A stretch of DNA of 41,075 nt from a virus (Duplodnaviria; Caudoviricetes), in the IMG/VR virus record IMGVR_UViG_3300037721_000036, positions 1 through 41,075 of that record, one strand, 5' to 3'. The notes beneath the pieces are model-generated. The model did no database searches and had not been told where the DNA came from. It saw only the letters and a list, made by a program, of their open reading frames with translations. Below are positions 8,714-17,705 of this stretch, piece by piece. A program made the translations under genes and the position numbers. The number at the start of each line of letters is the position of its first letter. Position 1 is the first letter of the stretch.

Positions 8714-9228
8714 ACCTTGTCCATATCGACGCCAACCAGTTCGTACCCGACCGTGCCACCTTCGGCCGGCGGGGCGGACGCGCGCACCGGCAGCGAGCCC
8801 AACTCCTCGGCGACACCGCGCAATGCCCGCTGGGCGTTACGCACCAGCGCGGGCTCGGCAAGTTGCGCTTCAACCGGCAGGGACGTTACGTCCTCCACCT
8901 GTTGCTGATACACCGCCACCCGCTTGGCCTTCTCGGCGATCCACAGGCCGCTCATTTCGTTGCCCATGTCCTGACGCATCCGATCGATGAACGCACCGTT
9001 ACGCGCCGCGTAACGCGTTACCACGGGCCGGGAGACACCCACCTGGGCCGCGATAGCCGCGTGCGTCAGCTCGCCTTTCGCCAGCTCGACCAGCACCCAG
9101 TGCTTGACATGACCCCGGATACCACGCCGGGCCTGCTCATCTTCCGGCGAATCGGGACCTATGTCCGATTCGCGAGATGGTGTCACAATGTGTGGCGTTT
9201 CGGGAGGATTCTCCTGGTCAGCAGCCAC
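8710..9228 (-). CDS. Putative terminase small subunit (HTH-containing)
   Basis: HTH-like LTHAAIAAQVGVSRPVVTRY followed by LWIAEKAKRVAVYQ...VAEELGSLP; lies upstream of terL. Confidence 0.65.
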   Translation of the reverse strand: MAADQENPPETPHIVTPSRESDIGPDSPEDEQARRGIRGHVKHWVLVELAKGELTHAAIAAQVGVSRPVVTRYAARNGAFIDRMRQDMGNEMSGLWIAEKAKRVAVYQQQVEDVTSLPVEAQLAEPALVRNAQRALRGVAEELGSLPVRASAPPAEGGTVGYELVGVDMDKV

Positions 9229-9291
9229 GGCCGCGCCCTCCGTTCGGCGGTCGCGGACCCTGTGGCGGGTCCTGCCACGGGCTGGTACGCA

Positions 9292-9846
9292 TCATCGTGT
9301 CTCCTCCGGTCGTTCAGTGTGCACACGCGGACACGGGTCGAGCAACCACGCCGTCAGATACTGCGCGTCGGGGTTCTTCCTGGACGCGGCCAGCGCGATG
9401 GCCTGCGGAAACTCGCCGTCGCGCCACGCCCATGCGCCGTCCGCCGTCCAGCCTGCGCGCAAACCGGTGACCGCCTTCACCTGACCCGCGTCGTAGCGCC
9501 TTCCCGCGCCGTCGTACACCGGGGCCGTCCAACACGCTACCGCGCGCCAGCCGTCCGGGTGCCACATCCGTACGGCCACGCTGTGCGTCAGCCGGACAGG
9601 CTGCCCGTGGCGATCGACGGCGGTACCCCGGGCGTACGTCGGGACCACTCGCCACCCAGCGCCCACTGAGAGCCTCTGTACGCGCCGCGCCCCCGTAGGC
9701 AGCTCTGGAGGTTCAGCGACCCGCGCACGGACCTCTGGAGCCACCACAGCGGGCCGGACGGCGTGTTCCGCGTAGACCCGCTCGGCGTGCTCGCGCCGAA
9801 CGTCGATGTCAGCCGGGAACGCGACGGAAGCGACCGCGCTCACCAT
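9292..9846 (-). CDS. Hypothetical protein (184 aa)
   Basis: Overlaps the upstream stop; co-oriented in the operon. Confidence 0.6.
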   Translation of the reverse strand: MVSAVASVAFPADIDVRREHAERVYAEHAVRPAVVAPEVRARVAEPPELPTGARRVQRLSVGAGWRVVPTYARGTAVDRHGQPVRLTHSVAVRMWHPDGWRAVACWTAPVYDGAGRRYDAGQVKAVTGLRAGWTADGAWAWRDGEFPQAIALAASRKNPDAQYLTAWLLDPCPRVHTERPEETR

Positions 9847-10049
9847 GCTGGCTCCCCATCTGGGTCGATCCGGGCGATCCGTTCCGACATGGACTGAAAC
9901 GACCGTTCAAGCTGGGCGACCCTGTGGGCGTGCTCGCGCAGGCCCTCCTCCAGCGCGTCGAGCCGACCGACCAGCTTGGCCAGTACCGCCCGACGCTCCA
10001 GCTCGGCGCGATGCTCGGCGGTACCCGGTCCGTATCCGAAGGTGGTCAC
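9840..10049 (-). CDS. Small coiled-coil hypothetical protein (69 aa)
   Basis: GTGA overlap with the rusA stop; GGAGG SD; heptad-like LVGRLDALEEGL. Confidence 0.65.
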   Translation of the reverse strand: MTTFGYGPGTAEHRAELERRAVLAKLVGRLDALEEGLREHAHRVAQLERSFQSMSERIARIDPDGEPAW

Positions 10050-10582
10050 CGTGCCTCCATCAGAGTGATCATGGCGCCGGGGACGTCGGACGCAACTGGG
10101 GAGATCCACGCCTTCCCGACGACCAGGCCAACCACCTGCCGATCGTTGGCGATTGCGCCGGCCGACTGGAGCGCGTCGAGTACGTTGCGCGCCAGCTTGT
10201 CCAGGTCGTCGCCGGGGATGGCTTCCTCGGCGCCGTGCGTCGGCCCGCGCTCGAACAGGAACACCACCTGGACGTCGACGGCCCGCGCGACGGGCCAGCC
10301 AACTCCCCGACCGAAACCGGTGACGGTGCCGATCTTGTCCTGCATCGCCTGGCGCCAGGCTGCCGAACGGGGATTGTCTTCGATCAGCCGGGCAGCCTTC
10401 CCCCGCTCGGCGACGTTTTTCATGGAGCCTTTCGGGCGCGGCACCCCGTCCACCCAGAGCTGGAGCAGGGGCGCCAGCTCCCCATCCGGGTAGGCCAGCC
10501 ACAGGGGGCTCCCGGCCGCCATGACGGGCAGCGTGGCTGGCACCGGCTCCCGGCGGTACGGCGCGTACTCCTCATGATCCAT
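10046..10582 (-). CDS. rusA: RusA-family Holliday junction resolvase
   Basis: VDGVPRPKGS, WRQAM and DDLDKLARNVLDALQSAGAIANDRQV carry the RusA catalytic Asp/Lys pattern. Confidence 0.85.
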   Translation of the reverse strand: MDHEEYAPYRREPVPATLPVMAAGSPLWLAYPDGELAPLLQLWVDGVPRPKGSMKNVAERGKAARLIEDNPRSAAWRQAMQDKIGTVTGFGRGVGWPVARAVDVQVVFLFERGPTHGAEEAIPGDDLDKLARNVLDALQSAGAIANDRQVVGLVVGKAWISPVASDVPGAMITLMEAR

Positions 10583-10955
10583 TGGAGTCCTCCTCGATCG
10601 TGGCCGGCCAATCGCCAAGACCGGCCAGGCGCACCATGCGGGTATCGGTGGCAGCACGGCCCCGTCCACGAGCCGCCGCCCATTCGCCCTTGCGCTCCAG
10701 CACCCCTGCGGTCACAGCGTTACGAATTACCGATTCAACCGTCTTGACCGCCAAGTCGCTTTCGCGCAGTCCGGTGGCAACGACATGCGGCCACGGCACC
10801 CACCTACCGCAACGGCTTACCAGCAGCTCCCTGACGGCCCTTACCGCCGAGGAGAGCCGGGGTGCCTTCTCGGGGTCGAGCGCTTCGATCGCAAAGCGAC
10901 GCATGTCCGCGATCTTGCGCTCTCGGATCAGCTTTGTATCCGCCTCTAGGTCCAT
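10572..10955 (-). CDS. Hypothetical protein, possible winged-HTH (127 aa)
   Basis: SDLAVKTVESVIRNAVTAGVLER resembles a wHTH recognition helix and wing. Confidence 0.6.
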   Translation of the reverse strand: MDLEADTKLIRERKIADMRRFAIEALDPEKAPRLSSAVRAVRELLVSRCGRWVPWPHVVATGLRESDLAVKTVESVIRNAVTAGVLERKGEWAAARGRGRAATDTRMVRLAGLGDWPATIEEDSNGS

Positions 10956-11068
10956 ACGACCACCTTAAGGCAGACACCCCCCTCTCCGCCACCCTGTCAG
11001 CCCCCTTGGAAAGGTCTGACTGTTAGGTGACCCTTACCGGTGTGTTGTCACTCTCCGGTGTCGCCCGC

Positions 11069-11341
11069 TGTGGCATCCCCTGGCTTGTAGGTCGCCAGGG
11101 GATGCCACATCAGTATGTTGATCTTGTGTTACCACATGCCACATCGTGCCACATTTTTAGCGTTTTCCCAGGTCAGGCATGTGGCAACGGGTGCCACATC
11201 GCGTTACATCCATCGATAGTCATTGTGTGGAATCCAGTTGATCTTTGCCACACTTCTTGCCACATCCAAATGCCCGAAATTATCCGGGCGATTGGGACAT
11301 TTCAAGGGCCTAATGTGGCAGCCTAGTTGATCTTTGCCACA
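11069..11341. repeat. Putative replication origin: about 10 TGCCACA repeats in both orientations plus a 16-bp inverted repeat
   Basis: Non-coding, lower-GC stretch directly after the primase-helicase stop. IR at 11069-11084/11094-11109. GTTGATCTTTGCCACAC occurs twice. Confidence 0.65.
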
Positions 11342-11373
11342 CAACAGAGGGTGACATTACGTGGGGGCGCCAC

Positions 11374-13581
11374 TTACGATCTTGTGGGAGGCCCACCCGG
11401 ACGGGGAGCCGGCACCCGATCCTCGACCGGCACCACGTACCACCGACCGCCCCCGGATTCCTCGATCGCGCCCAGCGCGAGGAGCCGATCCCAGGCCCGG
11501 TCGAACGTCGTCCGATGCGCCTTCGGCCCCCACCCCGACCGCTCGGCGAAGCGGGCCTTCGCGTTGGCTCGCAGGCTCGCCTGGGTCACGCCGGAGGAGT
11601 GGTGGGCGAACGTGTCAGCGAAGATCGACAGCAGCAGCCCGGCGTTCACCGACGACTCCGCCCGGATCGCCTCCTGGATCTGGAGCGGGTCGGCAGCGCG
11701 CGCCGGAGGCGCATCGAACGGATTCGCCCCGGCCACCTCCTGCACCAGCGGCACGCCGTTCTCGTCCACCAGCACCAGGACGCCCGAGTCAGCCTCGCTG
11801 TCGATGGCGAGCTGCACGAAGAACGGGTCGAGCTCGGCTGTGTCTTTCGTCTTGCGCTGCTCCAGGCGCCGCGCCTTATGCGGGTCGCGGGACTCGTCCC
11901 CGGTCAGGCGCGTGATCCACACCGTATCCGCGTCGCTCTCGATGCTGGACGCCCCACGCGAGCGCACACCGCCGTGGCCTGCGTGGTGGACGTAGAGCGT
12001 GGTCGCCCCGGCGTGCTCGCGCAGGATGTCCGCGATCTTGGTGATACGTCCCATGTCGGTGTTGTCGTTCTCGTCCATGCCGGGCGTACAGCGATGCAGG
12101 GTGTCGATCACCACCAGGACGGCGCCCATCTCTTTGGCGATCGTCAGCAGCGCCGAACACTGCTCATCGCTACCCAGATCCACCGGGACGTCAAGCACCT
12201 GGAGCGCCTGGTCGGCCACCCTGACCCCCGACGCGCGCTCCCATGCCTTCACGCGCTTCTTGAGCCCGCTCGCGCCCTCGGCCGCCACGTACAGCACCGA
12301 CCCCTGCGTCACCACCTTGTGGCCCAGCCACGGCATACCGGTGGCCACGCTGCACGCCCACCCGAGGGTGGCGAACGTCTTGAATGTGCCGAACTGTCCG
12401 GAGATGACGGCCATGGTCTTGGTGTCGAGCACGCCCTCGATCAGCGGTACGGGCGGTTCAATCGCGTCGAGCATGGAGCGCGTGTGCAGCCGTCCGCGCA
12501 GGCGCTCCAGTGCGGACGGCATGGGCTTTCCAAGATCAAAATCCTCGAGGATTTCCGCCCCCGACTGGTTGGCCTGCCCGCCCCCGTCGCGCACGGGCGG
12601 ATCCCAGATCAACGCCTGCACGGGGTCGATCGGCAGCGCCCGACCCCGGCCGACCACCCTGCCCTGTGCGCTCTGAAACGTCCGGGCGAATTCCACCGGA
12701 TCCTGTCCACCCCCACCGGACAGGCGCTCGCGCCGGGCGGCCTCCAGCCGGTCGTACACGTCCGCCACGGTGACCGTGTTCCACGGGCTCTGGGCGATCT
12801 CGATCACGTTGCAGGCCGCCTCATACAGCGTCCCGTTGCCGGTACCGGGTGGCGCGGTGGCGTAGCGGGTGACCTCGGCGCCGACCACGCTCTCGGCGTA
12901 GCGCTGCACGCGGATACGTTCACCCATGTCCAGGTCGGCCGCCGGGATGAGATCTTCGATGACCACCGTCTCGGTGGGTGCCGTGGCCGGCGGGACCGCC
13001 AGCAGCTCCAGCAGCCACGCGGGCGCCTGGGCCAGCTCCGGCACCCACCCGTCAACCAGTTCGTACGCGCCCACCCCGGACACGCTGGGCGGCGCGACCA
13101 CCATTCCACCGGTACCCCGGATGTCGATCCCGTGACCGATCTTGCGCGCGTTGTTGCGGACGTCGCTACCGTCGAGCGGCATGGCGAAGTAGAAGTGCCG
13201 CCCGCCCGAACCGGTCCGTACGGTGTACGTGGCCGGCAGGGCGCCGTGCGCGGTGGTAAGTCTGGCGAGCTCGGCCAGGCCGTCCGCCTTCGGGTCGATG
13301 TCGAGCACGAAGAAGCCGGACGGGCGTCCGGTCAGAATGCCGATGTTCATCTCGGGGTGCTCGCCCCACAGCGCCCAGCGATCCGGCCCGCTCGGCGTGA
13401 CCGCCTCCTGCCAGCGCTTGCCGACCGGGTGCTTGCCGGCCGACGTGTTGTCGCGCCCGCACGGGTACTGCCCGCATTTGCAACGATCGCCGTCAATGCC
13501 ATGCACGGGTATCGCCACCCATCCACGCGCGGCATACTCGCCGGCTGCGCGTACGGTGGGTGGCGTGGTAACGTCCGTCAC
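11374..13581 (-). CDS. Bifunctional DNA primase/polymerase fused to AAA_25/RepA-like helicase
   Basis: Prim-Pol motifs GKHP, NIGILTG, VLDID, TGSGGRHFYF and DIRGTGGMVVAPPS. P-loop GQFGTFKT, YVAAEG, VVIDT, HH..SRGASS. Confidence 0.92.
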   Translation of the reverse strand: MTDVTTPPTVRAAGEYAARGWVAIPVHGIDGDRCKCGQYPCGRDNTSAGKHPVGKRWQEAVTPSGPDRWALWGEHPEMNIGILTGRPSGFFVLDIDPKADGLAELARLTTAHGALPATYTVRTGSGGRHFYFAMPLDGSDVRNNARKIGHGIDIRGTGGMVVAPPSVSGVGAYELVDGWVPELAQAPAWLLELLAVPPATAPTETVVIEDLIPAADLDMGERIRVQRYAESVVGAEVTRYATAPPGTGNGTLYEAACNVIEIAQSPWNTVTVADVYDRLEAARRERLSGGGGQDPVEFARTFQSAQGRVVGRGRALPIDPVQALIWDPPVRDGGGQANQSGAEILEDFDLGKPMPSALERLRGRLHTRSMLDAIEPPVPLIEGVLDTKTMAVISGQFGTFKTFATLGWACSVATGMPWLGHKVVTQGSVLYVAAEGASGLKKRVKAWERASGVRVADQALQVLDVPVDLGSDEQCSALLTIAKEMGAVLVVIDTLHRCTPGMDENDNTDMGRITKIADILREHAGATTLYVHHAGHGGVRSRGASSIESDADTVWITRLTGDESRDPHKARRLEQRKTKDTAELDPFFVQLAIDSEADSGVLVLVDENGVPLVQEVAGANPFDAPPARAADPLQIQEAIRAESSVNAGLLLSIFADTFAHHSSGVTQASLRANAKARFAERSGWGPKAHRTTFDRAWDRLLALGAIEESGGGRWYVVPVEDRVPAPRPGGPPTRS

Positions 13582-13606
13582 GAATACTCCTTTATTCAGA
13601 TATGCG

Positions 13607-13634
13607 ACAGGCCCCCCGACCAGAGGGGGCCTGT
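13607..13634. terminator. GC-rich hairpin between the RHH gene and primase
   Basis: ACAGGCCCCC/GGGGGCCTGT inverted repeat. Confidence 0.45.
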
Positions 13635-13675
13635 TCGTTTGTCCCGTGCCTGCTGACGCTACCCCTGTTCAAGGC

Positions 13676-13924
13676 TCAGATGGAGCGCCGACGCCGTGCC
13701 GTACGCACGCCCGTGGTCAACGGGCGGCCGCCACCGGGCACGGTCGCCTGTGGCGGCGTGGAGGCGTACGCGCGCTGCGTGTCAGCCAGCCCGGCCGCCA
13801 GCATGTCGCGTACCACATCGCCGTTACTGAGCCCGTAGGCGTCCGCCAGGCGCGTGATGGTCGCCTTCAACTCCGGCGTGACCAGCACGCTGAGGTTGGC
13901 TGTCAGTTCGCCCTTGTAGGCCAT
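13676..13924 (-). CDS. Ribbon-helix-helix (CopG/Arc-like) DNA-binding protein (82 aa)
   Basis: LTANLSVLVTPELKATITRLADAYGLSNGDVVRDMLAAGL fits the beta-helix-turn(GLS)-helix RHH pattern. GAGAGGA SD; at the divergence point of the two arms. Confidence 0.75.
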   Translation of the reverse strand: MAYKGELTANLSVLVTPELKATITRLADAYGLSNGDVVRDMLAAGLADTQRAYASTPPQATVPGGGRPLTTGVRTARRRRSI

Positions 13925-13959
13925 GATCGTTCCTCTCGTCGTGCTCCCAGGGGCCACGG

Positions 13960-13989
13960 TAGCATGATCTGACAGGTATCTGTTAGGGT
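13960..13989 (+). promoter_or_regulatory. Repeated promoter/operator at the arm divergence
   Basis: TAGCAT-N18-TAGGGT with CTGACAGGTATCTGTTAG (13969-13986); ATG 7 nt downstream. Confidence 0.8.
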
Positions 13990-13996
13990 GCGCGTC

Positions 13997-14407
13997 ATGA
14001 CTGATCCGAATACCCCGCCCGGCTGGATCACGCCCGGAGCCACCGTCGCCAAGCTGCGCGGCTCCACGTTCGTCGGATGGCGCACCGTCAATCGCCTGAC
14101 CGACACCCAGATCGTGGTGACCGGCACCGATGACGACTACCGTTTCGAGCGCTACAACCGCGACACGCTGTACCTGGTGGGCGAGCCGTACGGGCCACGC
14201 CTGGCGGATCCGCGTAGCGCCACCGTGCACGACGCCTACGCCCGCTGGCGCCTGGACGTAGTGACCAACGAACTGCTCCGCGCCAACCGCGCCCGCCGGC
14301 TCGACTCGGAGGAAGCGGTCCACGACCATCTGGCCAACCTGACCGATCTGATCGAGGCGGCCCGTCGCGAGATCAGCGCGCTCAGCGCCGACGTGGACAC
14401 GCCATGA
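13997..14407 (+). CDS. Hypothetical protein, first gene of the early arm (probably leaderless)
   Basis: MTDPNTPPGWITPGATV...; starts right after the -10 box. Confidence 0.7.
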   Translation: MTDPNTPPGWITPGATVAKLRGSTFVGWRTVNRLTDTQIVVTGTDDDYRFERYNRDTLYLVGEPYGPRLADPRSATVHDAYARWRLDVVTNELLRANRARRLDSEEAVHDHLANLTDLIEAARREISALSADVDTP

Positions 14408-14775
14408 GGTACGAGACGCCCCGGCTCGACAGCGACGGCAACGTGACCGCCGAAACGGTACGCGCCTGGATGGTGGGCACCCTGGCGGATTCGCACGCAT
14501 CCCCGTACGCGCTCGACGGTCAGGTCGTCCGATTCGAATACCGTCTCCGCTGGCTCGACGATGGCACGTTGCAGGTGATGACGTCCGACCACAGGCGCAC
14601 CCCGTTAGGACGCTTCCGCGTCAACGTCACCGTGCAGCGCGTGTACGCGGTGACCAACCACCGGTACACGCCGGGCCACTCCGGCATGGCGTGCGTGCAC
14701 GTGGTGGAGCGCGACGGTGCCGGCGAAGACTGCGGCCTGCCCGCCAGCGAACACGACCCGGTGACGCTGCCATGA
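14404..14775 (+). CDS. Hypothetical protein with C-terminal His/Cys motif
   Basis: ATGA overlap; H...C...CGLPASEH. Confidence 0.65.
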   Translation: MRYETPRLDSDGNVTAETVRAWMVGTLADSHASPYALDGQVVRFEYRLRWLDDGTLQVMTSDHRRTPLGRFRVNVTVQRVYAVTNHRYTPGHSGMACVHVVERDGAGEDCGLPASEHDPVTLP

Positions 14776-14912
14776 CCCACGCACGGCGCCGTAGGCGTTT
14801 CCTCGCCACCTACCGCCACACGACCAGGCACAACGGCATCTCGCCCCGCTCGCTGCAACGCAGGGTGGACGCCCTGGTACGCCACCACCGGGGACCGCGG
14901 TGGATCCCGTGA
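14772..14912 (+). CDS. Small basic hypothetical protein (46 aa)
   Basis: Coupled at both ends (ATGA, GTGA). Confidence 0.5.
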   Translation: MTHARRRRRFLATYRHTTRHNGISPRSLQRRVDALVRHHRGPRWIP

Positions 14913-15121
14913 AGTGCATCATCTGCTATCAGTCGGGCCGCCCGATCAAGGGCTCGGACCGGCTGGAGATCGCACACCTGAAGACCTGTGCGCACGCCGG
15001 CAGGCGCACCACGCACGCACCCCTACCGGCGCCCCCGTCCGGGTGCGTGCACGACTACGTCAACGTGTTCGGCGTCATCGGCTGCATCCTGTGCGGGCAC
15101 GTGGCGCCGGCCGTAGCCTGA
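14909..15121 (+). CDS. Small Cys/His-rich protein (70 aa)
   Basis: CIIC...H..C.H...CVH...CILCGH. Confidence 0.6.
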   Translation: MKCIICYQSGRPIKGSDRLEIAHLKTCAHAGRRTTHAPLPAPPSGCVHDYVNVFGVIGCILCGHVAPAVA

Positions 15122-15157
15122 TAGGATGCTGGTAGGCATCACAACCGAGGGAGCCAC

Positions 15158-15577
15158 ATGGGTTTGACAGTCACCATCTCCAACGAGACCAGCGGCCTGA
15201 CGCTGGGAAGCCTCGCCGGCCTGGTGCGCCAGGCACAGGACAGCGGGGCCGACATGGGCCAGCGCATCGCCGTCGAGGTGGTCCGCAGCGGCGCGGATCG
15301 CAAGACGCCCGGCAAGCTGGTCACGATCGCGGTCCAGCTTGGCGAGTCGGCCGGGCCGATCGCTGACAGCGCGGCCAATGCGTCGGTCGGGAACACGCCC
15401 ACCATCAGTTCGGGTGAGGCCCGGCAGTTCGAGGTCAAGGACGACGGCACGATCGGGCCGGTCGACCCGCGCGAGGCCAACGGCGTCGTTGGCCCGTCGA
15501 ACGACGCCGCCATCCCGTCGAACGACGCCGCCATCCCGTTGCCACGCAACCCGTTCAGCGACCGGGAGGGTATGTGA
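15158..15577 (+). CDS. Hypothetical protein (139 aa)
   Basis: CGAGGGAG SD; contains an in-frame 21-bp duplication. Confidence 0.7.
   Translation: MGLTVTISNETSGLTLGSLAGLVRQAQDSGADMGQRIAVEVVRSGADRKTPGKLVTIAVQLGESAGPIADSAANASVGNTPTISSGEARQFEVKDDGTIGPVDPREANGVVGPSNDAAIPSNDAAIPLPRNPFSDREGM
15493..15539 (+). repeat. 21-bp tandem repeat (2.2 copies) encoding PSNDAAI x2
   Basis: CCCGTCGAACGACGCCGCCAT twice. Confidence 0.9.
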
Positions 15578-15834
15578 CCGGAAGACGGGTAGCCGCCTGG
15601 TTGGCCGTCCCGGTCCTCCTGCTCGCGTGCGCGCTGCCGGCGGGCAAGGTCACATCCTCGGGCTGCATCCGCTCGTGCACCGACCCGCCGACGAAAGACA
15701 CCGTGTATGAGCTATGTGTGCTGGGGACCGAGGTGAAGACCGGTATCGATGAATGCAGTACCGAGGTAAGCCAGGAAGAGATCGAGCTGTGTTCGGTGGG
15801 CGAGAGCTATCCGGAGTGCAAGACCGGGCCGTAG
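15574..15834 (+). CDS. Small Cys-rich secreted or lipoprotein-like protein
   Basis: Basic N-terminus, hydrophobic stretch and LLAC lipobox-like motif; six further Cys. Confidence 0.6.
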   Translation: MTGRRVAAWLAVPVLLLACALPAGKVTSSGCIRSCTDPPTKDTVYELCVLGTEVKTGIDECSTEVSQEEIELCSVGESYPECKTGP

Positions 15835-15841
15835 GACGGTA

Positions 15842-15879
15842 GGTAGCTGGTCGGCATCGCATGGTGCCGACCAGCTACC
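15842..15879. terminator. 17-bp hairpin
   Basis: GGTAGCTGGTCGGCATC/GGTGCCGACCAGCTACC, intergenic. Confidence 0.55.
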
Positions 15880-15896
15880 CGAGGGAGGGAAGAGGA

Positions 15897-16094
15897 ATGA
15901 GAATCCTGGACATGGGCGACGATGCCGGCATGTCGCTACACGACCTTGAACGGTTCATCGGGCACGCGCGGGCGTTGGGCGCCAACATGGACGCGCCACT
16001 GACGGCGTCGGTGGACGGATCGAGCGGAGACCCCGGTCGCGGTCGGCTGCACGCGATCAGTGCCCTCCTGCTGCCGAGGAAGGCGAGCGAGTGA
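15897..16094 (+). CDS. Hypothetical protein (65 aa)
   Basis: Purine-rich SD; GTGA overlap with the next gene. Confidence 0.6.
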   Translation: MRILDMGDDAGMSLHDLERFIGHARALGANMDAPLTASVDGSSGDPGRGRLHAISALLLPRKASE

Positions 16095-16471
16095 ACGGGA
16101 CCATCATTGCGCAGGGCTATCCGCTGTGGGTGGCCGTGCTCCTCGTACCCACGGAGTCCGACGTCGTGAGAGCGCTAAGAGACGTCGAGTCCGACGACGC
16201 TGAACAGGCGTTCGCCCTCATGCTGCCGGGCACGGAAGACGTTGAAACGGATCGGGTGATCGGGTGGACGCAAAGCGATGACGGCGAGTCGTGGCTACCG
16301 ATCACGCCCAGCCTGCCATCGACATACTTCCACCCAAGCCTGCGCCGCGAGGTCGCGTATGGAAGTCATCGCGAGGGTTCCATGAACGCAGCACTGCACC
16401 AGTGCCAGGCGACCGTGGATGCCCGCAGGCACCGTAAAGCAGAGATCTTCAAGCTCGCCGGCCTGACGTAG
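16091..16471 (+). CDS. Hypothetical protein (126 aa)
   Basis: Coupled ORF on the coding strand. Confidence 0.65.
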   Translation: MNGTIIAQGYPLWVAVLLVPTESDVVRALRDVESDDAEQAFALMLPGTEDVETDRVIGWTQSDDGESWLPITPSLPSTYFHPSLRREVAYGSHREGSMNAALHQCQATVDARRHRKAEIFKLAGLT

Positions 16472-16551
16472 GGTGTCCGGGCAGGGAAGTGCCCCCACGT
16501 CGACCGACCGACTGGGGGCGTGGGAACCAACGATCTCAAGGAGATAGCTCC

Positions 16552-17418
16552 ATGACAGAGCTTACGCCATACGTCTTCCCCGGCAACGGGGGCAGGGTTC
16601 AAACCGTCATGATCGACGGCGAGCCGTGGTTCGTGCTGGCGGACTTGTGCAAGATCATCGGCATCGCCAACCCGAGCATGGTGGCCGATCGGCTAGAGCC
16701 ATGTGACATCAGTTCAACTGAGGTCACATCCATCGATGCGTCAGGGCGTAGCCGAAAGACCCAGACCATGACCATCGTGTCCGAATCGGGCATGTACGAC
16801 GTGATCATGGGTAGCCGATCCAAGCAAGCGCAACCGTTCCGACGCTGGGTGACGGCGGAAGTTCTGCCCTCGATCCGTAAGACCGGTAGCTACTCGATCG
16901 GACAGGAAGAGCCAGCGAAACCAGAGAACGTGATTGATGCCAACATCGCATGGATGCAGCGAGCTACCGACTCTCTGCGAGACCTGGTGGCGGACCAACG
17001 CGCGCAGGGGTACGAGCTTGTCATGGTCCGGGAAACCTTGACGACCACGGTCAAGCGGATGGATACCGTCGAAGGCACCGTGTCCGACGTCGCTGATCGG
17101 GTCGCCAACGTGGAGGCCATCACGCCGTTGCTTGACAGCGAGAATCTGCTGGCGCTGCGCGACGTCGCGCACGCATGCGGCACCGGACAGAACCGGATGG
17201 CAAACCTGTTGGTAGACAACGGCATTCTATTCAGGGATCACGTGAGCGGCCTACGCGCATACCAGCCCTGGATCGAGAGCAAGTGGGCGATCAGTCGATA
17301 CGAGGAGCGGCAGAACCGCTCAGGATGGTCATGGGTCACATACTTCACGCCTGCCGGCATGACCAGACTCCGACGTCTCGGCATCGTTCCGCCGACCGCC
17401 CAGAAAAGCGCGCCATGA
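16552..17418 (+). CDS. BRO-N / KilAC antirepressor-like protein
   Basis: BRO-N motifs IDGEPWFVLADLCKIIG, IVSESGMY and FRRWVTAEVLPSIRKTGSY. C-terminal LRDVAH...AYQPWIE...YFTPAG is KilAC-like. AAGGAG SD. Confidence 0.9.
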   Translation: MTELTPYVFPGNGGRVQTVMIDGEPWFVLADLCKIIGIANPSMVADRLEPCDISSTEVTSIDASGRSRKTQTMTIVSESGMYDVIMGSRSKQAQPFRRWVTAEVLPSIRKTGSYSIGQEEPAKPENVIDANIAWMQRATDSLRDLVADQRAQGYELVMVRETLTTTVKRMDTVEGTVSDVADRVANVEAITPLLDSENLLALRDVAHACGTGQNRMANLLVDNGILFRDHVSGLRAYQPWIESKWAISRYEERQNRSGWSWVTYFTPAGMTRLRRLGIVPPTAQKSAP

Positions 17419-17705
17419 CCACACCCGACAACCGGTGGTGGCCAACCACGTGGGGCGCCCTACGGCCCGATGACCTCGTCCAGGGGCCGGACGGCAGGGC
17501 CTGGACGATCGGGCCTCAGATTCGCTCTGAGGGCACCGGGCATCACTTCCTGGTCGACGGTGGCCGGCACGCCTGGACGTCGCAGCTCGACGTGACCCCG
17601 GTCATGGCCGACCGACCACCACCCCCCCGCCCGGGCACCGACGACCCGCAGGCCGTGGTCGGTGCGCTGCGTCTGGCCGGCTTCGACGTGGAGGTGATCG
17701 GGTGA
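17415..17705 (+). CDS. Hypothetical protein (96 aa)
   Basis: ATGA-coupled; TTWGALRPDDLVQGPDGRAWT. Confidence 0.65.
   Translation: MTTPDNRWWPTTWGALRPDDLVQGPDGRAWTIGPQIRSEGTGHHFLVDGGRHAWTSQLDVTPVMADRPPPPRPGTDDPQAVVGALRLAGFDVEVIG

Noticed and set aside
11027-11326. 99-aa ORF with CH repeats
   Set aside because: The repeats are simply the translation of the TGCCACA DNA iterons, and the ORF is antisense to its neighbours.
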